A stretch of DNA of 64,000 nt from Acidimicrobiia bacterium (GCA_029210695.1 JARGFH010000013.1:1-64000), one strand, 5' to 3'. Shown: positions 9,573 through 20,427, counted from the stretch's first letter. The notes: generated by a model from the letters alone, not told the origin. Numbers and translations are program-made.

Positions 9573-9665
9573 GCCTGAGGTTCCGCGGTCGCTCCCAGGA
9601 AAGGATCAGCGGGGAAGTTCCGGTGCTGGATTCGTCCGGCCGCACACACTAGTTTCATCACCGTT

Positions 9666-10025
9666 ATGAAACGAAGAAGCCCGTTGATCTGTCGGTGGTG
9701 CGGGGAGGAGTTCCTCGACACACCCGGACCGGGTCGTCCTAGGCAGTATTGCCGGGCCAGTCACCGCCAGCGCGCCTACGAAGCCCGGCGGTTGGGAGAG
9801 AGTCGCCAGTTGCTGCCAGACGAGGTGATCGTGTCTCGCCGTGCATGGGATACGCTGCGCGACGCCCTGTACCGCCTCGAGTCCGCCGCAGAGGACGTCG
9901 CCATCGACCTCGAAACCGGAACGCCCACCAAAACGGATTATGTCAACGCACTCGCACACCTCAGCGAAGCGGTGCGACAACTCCAGGACGTGTCGGTCGA
10001 ACCCGTGGCCCTGGGCAGCGGCTGA
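9666..10025 (+). CDS. Small putative Zn-binding DNA-binding protein
   Basis: CRWCGEEF…GRPRQYCRASHRQRAYEARR followed by a helical C-terminal region. Confidence 0.75.
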   Translation: MKRRSPLICRWCGEEFLDTPGPGRPRQYCRASHRQRAYEARRLGESRQLLPDEVIVSRRAWDTLRDALYRLESAAEDVAIDLETGTPTKTDYVNALAHLSEAVRQLQDVSVEPVALGSG

Positions 10026-10189
10026 CGACCATCAATCCGTCACTGTGACGTAACCATCCCGACCTCCTGCTCCAGGGGATCGGGGACAACCGTGCGCCAG
10101 GATGGCGGGCATCGCGTTTCCCCGCCCAGGACCTTCGATCGACCTGTCCGAGCTGCGACCCGCAGGCAATGTCACGGCCGCGGCGTCGT

Positions 10190-10210
10190 TTTGCGTCACC
10201 GTGACGCAAA
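10190..10210. promoter_or_regulatory. Perfect 21-bp palindrome TTTGCGTCAC-c-GTGACGCAAA (related copies at 9652-9672 and 10038-10050)
   Basis: Seen directly in the sequence. Confidence 0.6.
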
Positions 10211-10408
10211 CCTCACGGGCCCGAGACACGACGCGATCAGAGCAGGATTCGGGCTCGATGCCGCCCGGGACGGCTGGGCGGCAGTCGCTGAGTCCTGCGA
10301 CCGTCTGGAACCCGGACCGTCTGCCTTCGGTTTGCCGAAAGGGAGAACCGCACAGGCAGTTCGGCCGGCCATCTGCATCGGGATCTATCAAACCGTGCGA
10401 CTTGACGT

Positions 10409-10436
10409 AGCGCCCATAATCATCGTTATGTAAAGT
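10409..10436 (+). other. dif: dif site (XerC/XerD chromosome dimer resolution site)
   Basis: AGCGCCCATAA-TCATCG-TTATGTAAAGT has the 11-6-11 layout and matches the canonical GGTGCGCATAA-TGTATA-TTATGTTAAAT. It is intergenic, between convergent genes. Confidence 0.85.
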
Positions 10437-10444
10437 AATCTCGT

Positions 10445-12187
10445 CTACTCCTGAGCGAGCCGTTCAGCCAGTTCGCTCAGCTCCAACCACCGCGTTTCCG
10501 CCCGGTCGACGTCATCGAGCGCGACAGAAAGCCTGCGTGATAGATCGGCGAACCGTTCGTGATCTCCGACCGCATCATCGAGCGCGGCGGTCAACTCGTC
10601 TCGCCGGCTTTCGAGGGTCGGGATCATCATCGTGAGCTGAGTGAGTTCCCTCTGGTCTCTGTATGAGAGCTTGCGCGACTGCTGCGGCCGTCGGTTGGCG
10701 GAACCGCCGGGTCTCGAAGTGTCCGCTGGCCGCGCCATGGTTGCGTCACGATAGGCGACCCATCCTCCCGGGTGATGGAGAACCGATCCATCGGTCTCGA
10801 TCGAGAAGATATTCAGACACGTTCTCTCCAGGAAATAGCGGTCGTGGCTTGCCACCACGAGTGCCCCGTTCCAGGCGTCGAGATACTCCTCGAGGATCGT
10901 GAGTGTTTCGATGTCGAGGTCGTTGGTCGGTTCGTCGAGGAGCAACAGATTCGGCGCTTCCATCAGGGTCAGCAAGAGCTCGAGCCTGCGTCGCTCTCCA
11001 CCGGAGAGATCGCCTACCTCCGACTGTTGCTGATCTCTCGTGAACTGGAACCGTTCGAGCAGCTGCGCACCCGAAACCCTGATACCACTCTCGAGGAGCA
11101 CCTCGTCGAGATGCTCGCGAACGGCGGCGTAGAGTCGCATCTGGGGTGGAATGGGTCGGGGATCCTGACCGTACCAACCCGGGTGAACTGTCGAGCCCAT
11201 CGTCACGGTTCCTTCATCAGGTTCGATGAGGCCGGAGATGAGCCTCAGGAGGGTGGTCTTGCCTGCCGCGTTCGGGCCAACAATTCCCACTCGTGCGTCC
11301 GCCTGAAGCTTGAACTCGACGTGCCGGAGCACCCACACGTCACCGTACCGCTTGCCGGCACTGTGGAGGTTCACGACCTTCGAGCCGATGCGACGAGCTG
11401 GAAGCTCGATGGTGAGTTCTTGGCCCACCCCTCCCGCTTGTCGCGCCATCAGATCCTGCGCCCGGCTCACCCGGGCCCGCGATTTGGTGGTACGCGCCTT
11501 TGGTGATCTTCGTAGCCATGCCAGTTCGGTCTTGATCCGCTGCTGGAGGCGATGTTCTGCCGTCGCCTCCAGAACCCTGCGCTTTGCAGACGCCTCGAGA
11601 TAGTCTTTGTACGTACCCTGGTGTGAATACAACGTTCGATCGTGAACCTCGATGACGCGAGTCGCGACCCGGTCCAGCAGGAAGCGGTCGTGAGTCACCA
11701 GCATTAGCGCCTCTCTGCGGTCACGCAGGTGGTCCTCCAACCAGTCGATCAGATCGACATCGAGATGGTTGGTTGGCTCGTCGAGAATGAGAAGATCGCA
11801 CTCAACGCTGAGCGCCACGGCCAGTGCGAGGCGTTTGCGCTGTCCACCGGAGAGCGTGGAGCAGATGGCGTCGAGGTCCGTCAGCCCGAATCGATCCGCC
11901 ATGGCGATCGCAGTTCGTTCTTCTCCTATGATCTCGCCGACGGTGGCGTTTTCCTGAAAGACCGGATTCTGATCCAGGCGGGCGATCTGCAAACCCCGGG
12001 CCCGCACAATCGAACCGGCATCGGCTTGCTCGGTCCCTGCGATGATCGCCAGCAACGTCGTCTTGCCCGAACCGTTCCGCCCGATCACCCCGATGTGATC
12101 GCCTGCTGAAATCCCCATCGAAACTTCTTCCAACACCGGTTGCTCCGGATAGGAGATGGATATACCTTCAAGGCTCAGCAGATGCAT
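10445..12187 (-). CDS. ABC-F family ATPase (Uup-like)
   Basis: Two ABC domains (GRNGSGKT, GPNAAGKT, LSGG, LDEPTN), no TM segments, C-terminal coiled coil. Confidence 0.92.
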   Translation of the reverse strand: MHLLSLEGISISYPEQPVLEEVSMGISAGDHIGVIGRNGSGKTTLLAIIAGTEQADAGSIVRARGLQIARLDQNPVFQENATVGEIIGEERTAIAMADRFGLTDLDAICSTLSGGQRKRLALAVALSVECDLLILDEPTNHLDVDLIDWLEDHLRDRREALMLVTHDRFLLDRVATRVIEVHDRTLYSHQGTYKDYLEASAKRRVLEATAEHRLQQRIKTELAWLRRSPKARTTKSRARVSRAQDLMARQAGGVGQELTIELPARRIGSKVVNLHSAGKRYGDVWVLRHVEFKLQADARVGIVGPNAAGKTTLLRLISGLIEPDEGTVTMGSTVHPGWYGQDPRPIPPQMRLYAAVREHLDEVLLESGIRVSGAQLLERFQFTRDQQQSEVGDLSGGERRRLELLLTLMEAPNLLLLDEPTNDLDIETLTILEEYLDAWNGALVVASHDRYFLERTCLNIFSIETDGSVLHHPGGWVAYRDATMARPADTSRPGGSANRRPQQSRKLSYRDQRELTQLTMMIPTLESRRDELTAALDDAVGDHERFADLSRRLSVALDDVDRAETRWLELSELAERLAQE

Positions 12188-12279
12188 GCGAGGAGGCTAG
12201 GCGAGCGGAGATGAGTCGAAATCGCCGGCGCCGAGTCGGGGTACTCCCCTCCCCCGCCGCCGGGGCCTGGTCCGGTCGG

Positions 12280-13106
12280 CTACTCCTTGAGCGCGCCGGA
12301 CATCATGCCGCTCAGGAAGTAGCGGCCGAGGAACACGTAGATCAGCAGGGTCGGTACTGCGGCGAGGAAAGAGGCGGCCATCTGGACGTTCCAGGCGATG
12401 ATCTGACTTCCGGCCAGGTTGTTGAGCGCGACCGTTACGGGCCAGTTCTCTGTGTTCGTCAACACAACGGCGAAGAGAAAGTCGTTCCAGGCCGATGTGA
12501 ACTGCCAGATGTAGACGACGACGAAGCTTGGTATGGCGAGGGGAAGCATGATCCGGGTAAATGTGCCGAAGATCCCGGCACCATCGATCTTTGCTGCTTC
12601 GATCAGCGTCTCGGGAATCGTTGCGAAGTAGTTACGAAAGATCAGAGCCGTGATCGGAATGCCGTAGATGACATGGACCAGTACGAGTCCCCAGGTGCCT
12701 CCCGCCAAACCTATCTTCGACATGAAGGTGACCAGCGGAATCAGCACGGCCTGGTATGGGATGAACATCCCGAACAACAGAACAGGGAAGACAATATTGG
12801 CTCCCTTGAACTTCCACTTGGCGAGCACGAAGCCGTTGATAGAGCCCAGGACTGAGGAGATGGTGGCCGCCGGGACAACGATCTTGACCGAGTTCCAGAG
12901 ATTGGGACGCAGCGCTTCCCAGGCGGCCCGGAAATTGTCGAACGCAAAACCCGACGGCAGGTTCCACATCGTGCTGAGGCTGACCTCGTCAAAGCTCTTG
13001 AATCCGGTGTTCAACATCACGTAGAGCGGTACCAGATAGAACAGCGCCATCATCGTCAGCGGTATGTACACCCAGGCGCGTCGCGAGCCGGGAGCAGCGA
13101 GAGTGG

Positions 13107-13110
<4 letters not shown>
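12280..13110 (-). CDS. Carbohydrate ABC transporter permease
   Basis: EAA motif LIEAAKIDGA; start moved to MTTLAAPG. Confidence 0.92.
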
Positions 13111-14048
<938 letters not shown>

Positions 14049-14069
14049 TCAATGCTCCCGGGTTGGCAA

Positions 14070-14105
14070 ACGGTCGGTTCCCCCGCTTATGGGGGAACCG
14101 ACCGT
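14070..14105. terminator. 15-bp perfect stem-loop after the SBP gene (mRNA stabiliser or attenuator)
   Basis: ACGGTCGGTTCCCCC-gcttat-GGGGGAACCGACCGT. Confidence 0.7.
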
Positions 14106-14125
14106 AAATGGTCGTGACTAAGAAC

Positions 14126-15427
14126 CTAGCCGGAAGCTGTTTGCGCAGCGACCAATGCCGTCTGGAAGGCAGCAACGTCGCGGTCGAGCAGGAACAAGCC
14201 GAGCGCGCTGTCGATTTCCGACTTCCAGGAGTCATTGGCAACGACACCGTGGGTCAGGCTTCCGACCACAGTATCGCTCGCCCAGTCATCCATGGCCGAC
14301 AGCAGGTACTCGCCGTAGAGGCTGCGATCTCCATCGCTCCGTGCCGGGATCGAGCCCTTGACGGGGTTGAAGGCGTCTTGTCCTTCGAGCGACCCGGCAA
14401 CCGTTAGCCAGGCAATCGCAGCGTCACGGTGTGGTGCGTTCTTCGCAAGAACGAAGCTATCGGACAGGAACTGGAACAACCCGCCTGTGCCCGGCACCGG
14501 CGCCCACCCGAAGTCGGCGTTCGGCTCCATGCCGAGTTCACGGTAGAAGCCCTCGGCCCAGTCACCCATGATGTTGAAGGCTGCATCGCCGTCCAACACC
14601 AGTTGTCCGGCATCCTGCCATGACAGAGCTGATGCGTCGGAGTTGGTGTAGTCCAACACCTTGTCAAATGCTTCGAGGGCGGCCGTTACCTCTGCGCTGT
14701 CCCAACTCACGGATCCATCCCAGAGGCCGTTCCAGCCATCGGCTCCCAAAGAGGCAAGCATGATGGTTTCCATGAGGTGCATCGAGGTCCACTGCTCACC
14801 CATCGCCAGCGGGGCATTCATCCCGGCTGCCTGGAGAGCATCCAAGGCGGCGAAGAAATCATCGAGAGAGGCGGGGATATCGATACCGTTGTCGGCCAGC
14901 ACCGTCGGGTTGGTCCATAGAACGTTGGCGCGGTGGATGTTCACCGGTACCGAGTAGATGTTGCCGCCGTCGCTGATCAAGGGGATCAACGTCTCGGGCA
15001 TGACATCCAGCCATCCCTCCTGGTCATAGAGGAAGTTGAGCGGCTCGATCTGATCGGCTGCCACGTAGGTGCCGATGAGCTCCTGCCCAGCGTGCCCCTG
15101 CCAGCTATCCGGTGGATCGTTCGCCTGGAGCCGCGAGGCGAGAACGGCCCGCGCATTGGTTCCGGCGCCGCCGGCCACTGCCGAGTTCACGAAAGTGATG
15201 TTGGGATCGGTCGTCGCGAAGACAGCGATCATCGCATCGAGACCCGCTGCCTCACCGCCGCCCGTCCACCAGCTGAATACTTCGACTTCATCTGCAGCGC
15301 CACCCGCGAGTGTTGTTGCCGTCGTATCCCCATCGGTGGTGCTCGTGCTGTCGTCGCCACATGCTGCCGCTACGAGCGTGAGCGCCAGCAGCACAGCAAC
15401 GAAGCGAAAAACCTTCTTGCCTGTCAT
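14126..15427 (-). CDS. Sugar (glucose/galactose-type) ABC substrate-binding lipoprotein
   Basis: Lipobox AAAC; WWTGGGEAAGL, PVNIHRAN, IMGDWA, KGSIPAR. Confidence 0.9.
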   Translation of the reverse strand: MTGKKVFRFVAVLLALTLVAAACGDDSTSTTDGDTTATTLAGGAADEVEVFSWWTGGGEAAGLDAMIAVFATTDPNITFVNSAVAGGAGTNARAVLASRLQANDPPDSWQGHAGQELIGTYVAADQIEPLNFLYDQEGWLDVMPETLIPLISDGGNIYSVPVNIHRANVLWTNPTVLADNGIDIPASLDDFFAALDALQAAGMNAPLAMGEQWTSMHLMETIMLASLGADGWNGLWDGSVSWDSAEVTAALEAFDKVLDYTNSDASALSWQDAGQLVLDGDAAFNIMGDWAEGFYRELGMEPNADFGWAPVPGTGGLFQFLSDSFVLAKNAPHRDAAIAWLTVAGSLEGQDAFNPVKGSIPARSDGDRSLYGEYLLSAMDDWASDTVVGSLTHGVVANDSWKSEIDSALGLFLLDRDVAAFQTALVAAQTASG

Positions 15428-15484
15428 TGAAATTCACCCTTCCTGAAACCCAATCGGCCCATGCTGGACCGCGAATAAGACAAG

Positions 15485-15540
15485 ACTACGTTTCCTTTCG
15501 TTTCGATGTCAAATCAACCGCGGTTTCGATATTTGACAAC
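15485..15540. promoter_or_regulatory. Probable DeoR-family operator and divergent promoter region
   Basis: TTTCC-TTTCG-TTTCG direct repeats and a TGTCAAAT…ATTTGACA inverted repeat. Confidence 0.5.
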
Positions 15541-15568
15541 AAAACGACAGTCGGCGAAAGTTGAGCCA

Positions 15569-16372
15569 ATGGAGCACACTGCCTCGAAGGAACTGCCTGG
15601 AGCGGTCCGCCGCCGCCGAATGCTCTCCCTCATCCGGGAGCGCGAATTCATGCGGGTGAGCGACCTGGGCAGGATCTTCGGAATCTCGGAGGTCACAGTT
15701 CGCTCAGACCTCGATCATCTCGCCTCTACTTCGCCGATCCAACGGGTCCACGGTGGTGCGATTGTCCTGGACGGTCAGGTCAAGGCCGAGCGATCATTCG
15801 AACACTCCGAGGTCACCGCAGTTGACGAGAAGGCAGCGATCGGAGTCGCGGCAGCAGCCCTGGTGTCTTCTGGGGACTCTTTGATCATCGATGTAGGCAG
15901 CACCACAACTGCTGTGGCGCGGGCGGTCGCCCTGCGCAAGGATCTCGAGGACATTGTGATCTTCACAAACGGCCTGACGATCGCCATGGAGCTGGAGTCG
16001 GAGATCCCGAGGTTCACCGTCATCTTGACCGGCGGCACGCTCCGGCGCCAGCAACACTCCCTGGTCGACCCTTTCGCCAAGGTAGTCCTCGAGCAGGTGC
16101 ACGTGACCGCCGCGTTCATCGGGTGCAACGGCGTGCACCTGGACGAGGGGATCACCAACATCAACCTCCCGGAGGCAGCCGTCAAGAGGAGCATGGTCAA
16201 AGCCGCCGAACGGGTGGTCGTAGTGGCCGAAGGATCGAAGCTCGGCAGGATCAGCATGGTGCGTTGCGCGGAGTTGAGTGACGTCGACGTTCTCATCACC
16301 GGCCGCTCGGCACCCTCCGGGCTGGTTGATCCAATCCGCGATCTCGGTGTTACTACCACGGTGGCCGGATGA
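15569..16372 (+). CDS. DeoR/GlpR family transcriptional regulator
   Basis: HTH 'FGISEVTVRSDL', RVHGGA, DVGSTT, FTNGL. Confidence 0.93.
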   Translation: MEHTASKELPGAVRRRRMLSLIREREFMRVSDLGRIFGISEVTVRSDLDHLASTSPIQRVHGGAIVLDGQVKAERSFEHSEVTAVDEKAAIGVAAAALVSSGDSLIIDVGSTTTAVARAVALRKDLEDIVIFTNGLTIAMELESEIPRFTVILTGGTLRRQQHSLVDPFAKVVLEQVHVTAAFIGCNGVHLDEGITNINLPEAAVKRSMVKAAERVVVVAEGSKLGRISMVRCAELSDVDVLITGRSAPSGLVDPIRDLGVTTTVAG

Positions 16373-17427
16373 CCGACCTGGCGCCGGAACCCCCCGGACC
16401 TCATCGACGCTTCAACCCTCTGCGCGGCGAGTGGGTGCTCGTCTCGGCGCATCGAACCGAACGGCCCTGGCAAGGACGAACCGAGATGTTCGGAGCTCCC
16501 GGGGCCCTGCCGGACTACGATCCCGACTGCTACCTGTGCCCCGGCAACCAGCGAGCCGGCGGCAAGGTGAATCCTGCCTACACAGGCACGTATGCGTTCA
16601 CCAACGACTTTCCGGCGCTCAGACCAACCGTCGCCGAGACTTCCCCATCATCCTCGCCCTTGTTCCGGGCCGATCGGGTAGCAGGGACCTGCCGGGTCCT
16701 CTGCTTTTCCCCTAGACACGGCCGGACGCTCGCCGACCTCGACCCAACCGAAATCGCCTCGGTCATCGACCTGTGGGCCGAACAAACGACCGAACTGGGT
16801 TCGGACTATCGCTGGGTGCAGATCTTCGAGAACAAAGGCGAGGCCATGGGCGCCTCCAACCCGCATCCCCACGGCCAGGTCTGGGCCGCCGACTCTCTGC
16901 CGACCCACGTAGCTGCCGAGGACCGACGCCAGGCGGACTATCGTGCCGCGCAGCAAACCAACCTGCTCATCGACTACACACGCATCGAGTGTGAAGAGAA
17001 GACCCGGGTGGTGATCGAGAACGATGCCTGGGTGGCAGTTGTGCCCTACTGGGCCACCTGGCCGTATGAGACCATGATGATGCCGCGTAGACACGTGCTT
17101 CGCTTGCCCGACTTGACCTCTGAGGAGAGAGCCGACCTGGCCGGACTGTTGAAACGCCTTCTCACCAGGTACGACAACCTGTTCGCCACTCCTTTTCCGT
17201 ATTCGATGGGATGGCACGGTGCTCCCTTCCAAACCGACCAGATCGATCACTGGCAACTTCATGCGCACATCTATCCACCGCTGCTGCGCTCCGCGTCAGT
17301 CCGCAAGTTCATGGTGGGTTATGAGTTGCTGGGAGAGGCGCAGCGCGACTTGACTCCCGAGGACGCCGCCCAGCGTCTGCACCGATCGTCGGAGATCCCG
17401 TACCGGACCGATCTGCATGTCACCTGA
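16369..17427 (+). CDS. galT: Galactose-1-phosphate uridylyltransferase
   Basis: HRRFNPLRGEW, CYLCPGN, FENKGEAMGASNPHPHGQ. Confidence 0.97.
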   Translation: MTDLAPEPPGPHRRFNPLRGEWVLVSAHRTERPWQGRTEMFGAPGALPDYDPDCYLCPGNQRAGGKVNPAYTGTYAFTNDFPALRPTVAETSPSSSPLFRADRVAGTCRVLCFSPRHGRTLADLDPTEIASVIDLWAEQTTELGSDYRWVQIFENKGEAMGASNPHPHGQVWAADSLPTHVAAEDRRQADYRAAQQTNLLIDYTRIECEEKTRVVIENDAWVAVVPYWATWPYETMMMPRRHVLRLPDLTSEERADLAGLLKRLLTRYDNLFATPFPYSMGWHGAPFQTDQIDHWQLHAHIYPPLLRSASVRKFMVGYELLGEAQRDLTPEDAAQRLHRSSEIPYRTDLHVT

Positions 17428-18580
17428 GCAACGTGCGGTCGAAGCGTTTCGTGATCGTTTTGGCACCGATCCCGCGCTGGTCGTGCAGGCCCCCGGCAGG
17501 GTCAACCTCATCGGCGAGCACACCGATTACAACGACGGATTCGTCCTCCCGATTGCTATCGATCGCCGGACCGTCATCGCCGCTCGCCCTCGAACCGACA
17601 CGACGATCGTCGTAGCTTCCGAGAACTTCCCCGATGCCCGCTTCGATCTACCGACGATGACCCGGGGAGGCGGATGGGAGGAGTACATCAAGGGCGTGGC
17701 GTGGGCCATGAATGGAGACGCTCTTCCGGGATGGGATGGTGTGATCGTTTCGACGATTCCGATTGGGGCCAGCCTCTCCTCGTCGGCGGCACTCGAGATA
17801 GCCACCGCACTCGTATTCTCGACTCTGGCTCAGCGGAGATGGGATCCGGTCGCAGCGGCGCAATCCGCCCGAAGAGGCGAGAGCGACTGGGTCGGCGTTT
17901 CGAGCGGAATAATGGATCAGCTCATCTCTGCTTGCGGACGAACCGGGCACGCGCTGCTCATCGACTGCCGTGATTTGACCAGGACCCCGATCCCCCTGCC
18001 GGACGGGACCCGGGTAGCAGTGCTCGATACAGGAACACGCCGCCGGTTGACGGAGTCGAGCTACAACACACGACGCCACGAGTGCAAAGAGGCGGCCGCA
18101 GCTTTCGGGGTCGCCAGTTTGAGGGATCTGACCGCGGCGGCCGTCGCCGATGCGCCCCCCGGCCTCTCTGCCACGATTGCCAAACGCGCCGTCCACGTCG
18201 TCGAAGAGAATGAGCGGACCATTGCGGCCGCCCGGGCGATGGTCAGCGGTGGGGCCGCCGAGCTGGGCGATCTCATGTATGAGTCGCACGTCAGCCTGCG
18301 TGACAATTATGAGGTTTCGAGTTTTGCTCTCGACGCGATGGTCGAGGCGGCGATGGCGTCACCCGGCTGCCTGGGCGCCCGCATGACCGGTGCGGGCTTT
18401 GGTGGTTGCGCCGTCGCCCTCATCGACCGGGCGTACGTTGGTGAGTTTTCTAGCGCGGTGGCCGACCGCTACCAGGCTGCCACGCGCCAAGAATCGAGGG
18501 TCTATTTGTGCGACGCGGCCGGCGGTGCCTCGGTGGTCGCGGACACCCCGACGGACCCGGGGGTCAGAGCCGACGATTGA
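17417..18580 (+). CDS. galK: Galactokinase
   Basis: APGRVNLIGEHTDYNDG, LSSSAA, GARMTGAGFGG. Confidence 0.97.
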   Translation: MSPEQRAVEAFRDRFGTDPALVVQAPGRVNLIGEHTDYNDGFVLPIAIDRRTVIAARPRTDTTIVVASENFPDARFDLPTMTRGGGWEEYIKGVAWAMNGDALPGWDGVIVSTIPIGASLSSSAALEIATALVFSTLAQRRWDPVAAAQSARRGESDWVGVSSGIMDQLISACGRTGHALLIDCRDLTRTPIPLPDGTRVAVLDTGTRRRLTESSYNTRRHECKEAAAAFGVASLRDLTAAAVADAPPGLSATIAKRAVHVVEENERTIAAARAMVSGGAAELGDLMYESHVSLRDNYEVSSFALDAMVEAAMASPGCLGARMTGAGFGGCAVALIDRAYVGEFSSAVADRYQAATRQESRVYLCDAAGGASVVADTPTDPGVRADD

Positions 18581-18658
18581 TGGGTTCGGGCCGATCGCGC
18601 CAACAGTCGAGCACCTTGGCCTCTCCACATCTTCTGCCCCTGTGATGAGATGGTAGGG

Positions 18659-19381
18659 ATGACGTCACTCGACAGACTCGAACGCTATTTGCGAGCGGAG
18701 AAGGAGAGGCTTCGTTCCACGCCGGCTGGATTGCGAGAGCCGCAGAAGGCTCTCCCATTCGTCACCATCTCCCGCCAGGCAGGTGCCGGAGGCCATTCGT
18801 TGGCCGCCGTGTTGCTCGACGTGTTTGCCGATCAGGAGGAGACGAATGTCTTCGGCGGGTGGCAGGTCTTCGACCAGAAGCTGTGCAATGTCGTGGCTGA
18901 TGATCCCGTCTTCTCACGCTCCCTGGATGCCCTCCTCGCCGAGGAGTATCGAACCCCCACCAAGGACTTCTTTCATCAGCTGGTGCGCTCGACTGTCGAC
19001 CAGGATCTGGTTATGGCGCGCGTATTTCAAGTCGTGCGTTCTTTGGCCTCGATCGGCAAGGCCATAATTGTCGGTCGGGCGGGTTCACAGGTAGCCCTGG
19101 GCGCTGGTCCGGGTGTACGACTTCGTGTCGTTGCTCCCGAGGACGTGCGCATCGAACGGATGATGGAAGCCCACAAGCTCACTGAGCGAGAAGCCCGCAA
19201 TGAAGCGCGCAGGGTCGATAGTCATCGGGCCCGACTGTTGAAGGCCTACTTCGAAGCCGACATCGAAGATCCAACAGGATACGACGCGGTATGGAACACC
19301 GGATCGGCCTCGATCACCGAGATCGCTGAAGCAACGGCTGCGACACTGCGCCGACGAGTCGCCGACTACCCGTCGACATGA
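18659..19381 (+). CDS. Cytidylate kinase-like family protein
   Basis: VTISRQAGAGG, IIVGRAG, YDAVWNT. Confidence 0.85.
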   Translation: MTSLDRLERYLRAEKERLRSTPAGLREPQKALPFVTISRQAGAGGHSLAAVLLDVFADQEETNVFGGWQVFDQKLCNVVADDPVFSRSLDALLAEEYRTPTKDFFHQLVRSTVDQDLVMARVFQVVRSLASIGKAIIVGRAGSQVALGAGPGVRLRVVAPEDVRIERMMEAHKLTEREARNEARRVDSHRARLLKAYFEADIEDPTGYDAVWNTGSASITEIAEATAATLRRRVADYPST

Positions 19382-19851
19382 CCGAGCGAGTGTTGGTGGG
19401 GCCTTTCCTCACGAGAAACGAAGCGGCTCGGCGAGCAGGACTGGCAGCTCGAGAACTACCGCTCCGGCTCGACCTGCTCCGAATCGGTGGACGGGGACGG
19501 CACGAGGCGTACTTCGCGTTCCAGTTCGACAGCACCGGCATTCGCCGGGACCTCGGGAGTGTGGTGCTGCTGCTGCGAGGTAGCTCTGACGATCTGACAA
19601 TCGCGGATTGGCTGGTGAAGAAGAACCTGGCACTCCTGGAGGCCTCCCCACTCACCTGGTTGAACCGGGGTGGTGCACTCGAACCGGTGCTGATGGCAGC
19701 AGAGGCAGCCGGAACGTCGATAGAAGGTCGCTTGGGATCCACGGCAGTCGCAGCGAGGCGCGTCGATGCCACGTCTCCGCCACGCACCAGGGAGGGGCGC
19801 CCCCAGCGCGGAGGCCTGCCCCCGTTTGCCCGCCCGATCAGCAGCCATTGA
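19378..19851 (+). CDS. Hypothetical protein, possibly with an Xre/MbcA/ParS-like or Rv2175c-like C-terminal domain
   Basis: 'YFAFQF…IADWLVKKNLALLEASPLTWL' pattern; ATGA overlap with the upstream gene. Confidence 0.55.
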   Translation: MTERVLVGPFLTRNEAARRAGLAARELPLRLDLLRIGGRGRHEAYFAFQFDSTGIRRDLGSVVLLLRGSSDDLTIADWLVKKNLALLEASPLTWLNRGGALEPVLMAAEAAGTSIEGRLGSTAVAARRVDATSPPRTREGRPQRGGLPPFARPISSH

Positions 19852-19969
19852 TGAAAAGGAATGGATACCCGGCGGTCCGCGGCTGTGTTCGCGTTACCTG
19901 GGAGCCACCTTCGACGCTTGCAGCCGGCCCTCCAGATTGAGTCCTGCAGGGATTAGGCTCGCAGGCGGC

Positions 19970-20425
19970 ATGACGACCGACGCGGACAGAACAGAAGCAG
20001 CACAGGCATTGAACCGACGGATTCTGGCGCTGGCTCGACAGCATGATCACCTTGCCCTGCTCGCCCTAGACGCCGACCCGGAGACGGCGCCGCTGCTCGC
20101 ACTCCTGACTGGTGATCTTGCCAGCGCCGCCCTCGTCCATCTAGAGGGAGCTAGAGCCTGGCGCCGCCGTAAGGAAGAGGCCAATCAGCGCCGCCTCGCC
20201 GAAGCTCGCGCCGCTCTGGATGGCTTTGATCTCGTCCGGGCGCGCTCGCTGCTATTCCGGATCGAAGAGGAATTCCTGTCATCGCCGGGGGTCGAAGATC
20301 GAGACGCCATTCTCCTCGAGTTCGAGGCTCGTACGATGGAGACCGAGGAACTCCAGGAGACCGCCGAAGACGTCATCGATGAGTATCTGCCTCGCTGGCG
20401 CCGTTGGCTACGAAAGCGCCGTTGA
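19970..20425 (+). CDS. Hypothetical helical protein
   Basis: Coding-like composition; start moved to MTTDADR. Confidence 0.65.
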   Translation: MTTDADRTEAAQALNRRILALARQHDHLALLALDADPETAPLLALLTGDLASAALVHLEGARAWRRRKEEANQRRLAEARAALDGFDLVRARSLLFRIEEEFLSSPGVEDRDAILLEFEARTMETEELQETAEDVIDEYLPRWRRWLRKRR

Positions 20426-20427
20426 AG

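Noticed and set aside
9645..9675. Second dif-like site
   Set aside because: It has TTATGAAAC but no ATAA-ending XerC arm at 6-bp spacing; better explained as a palindromic operator.
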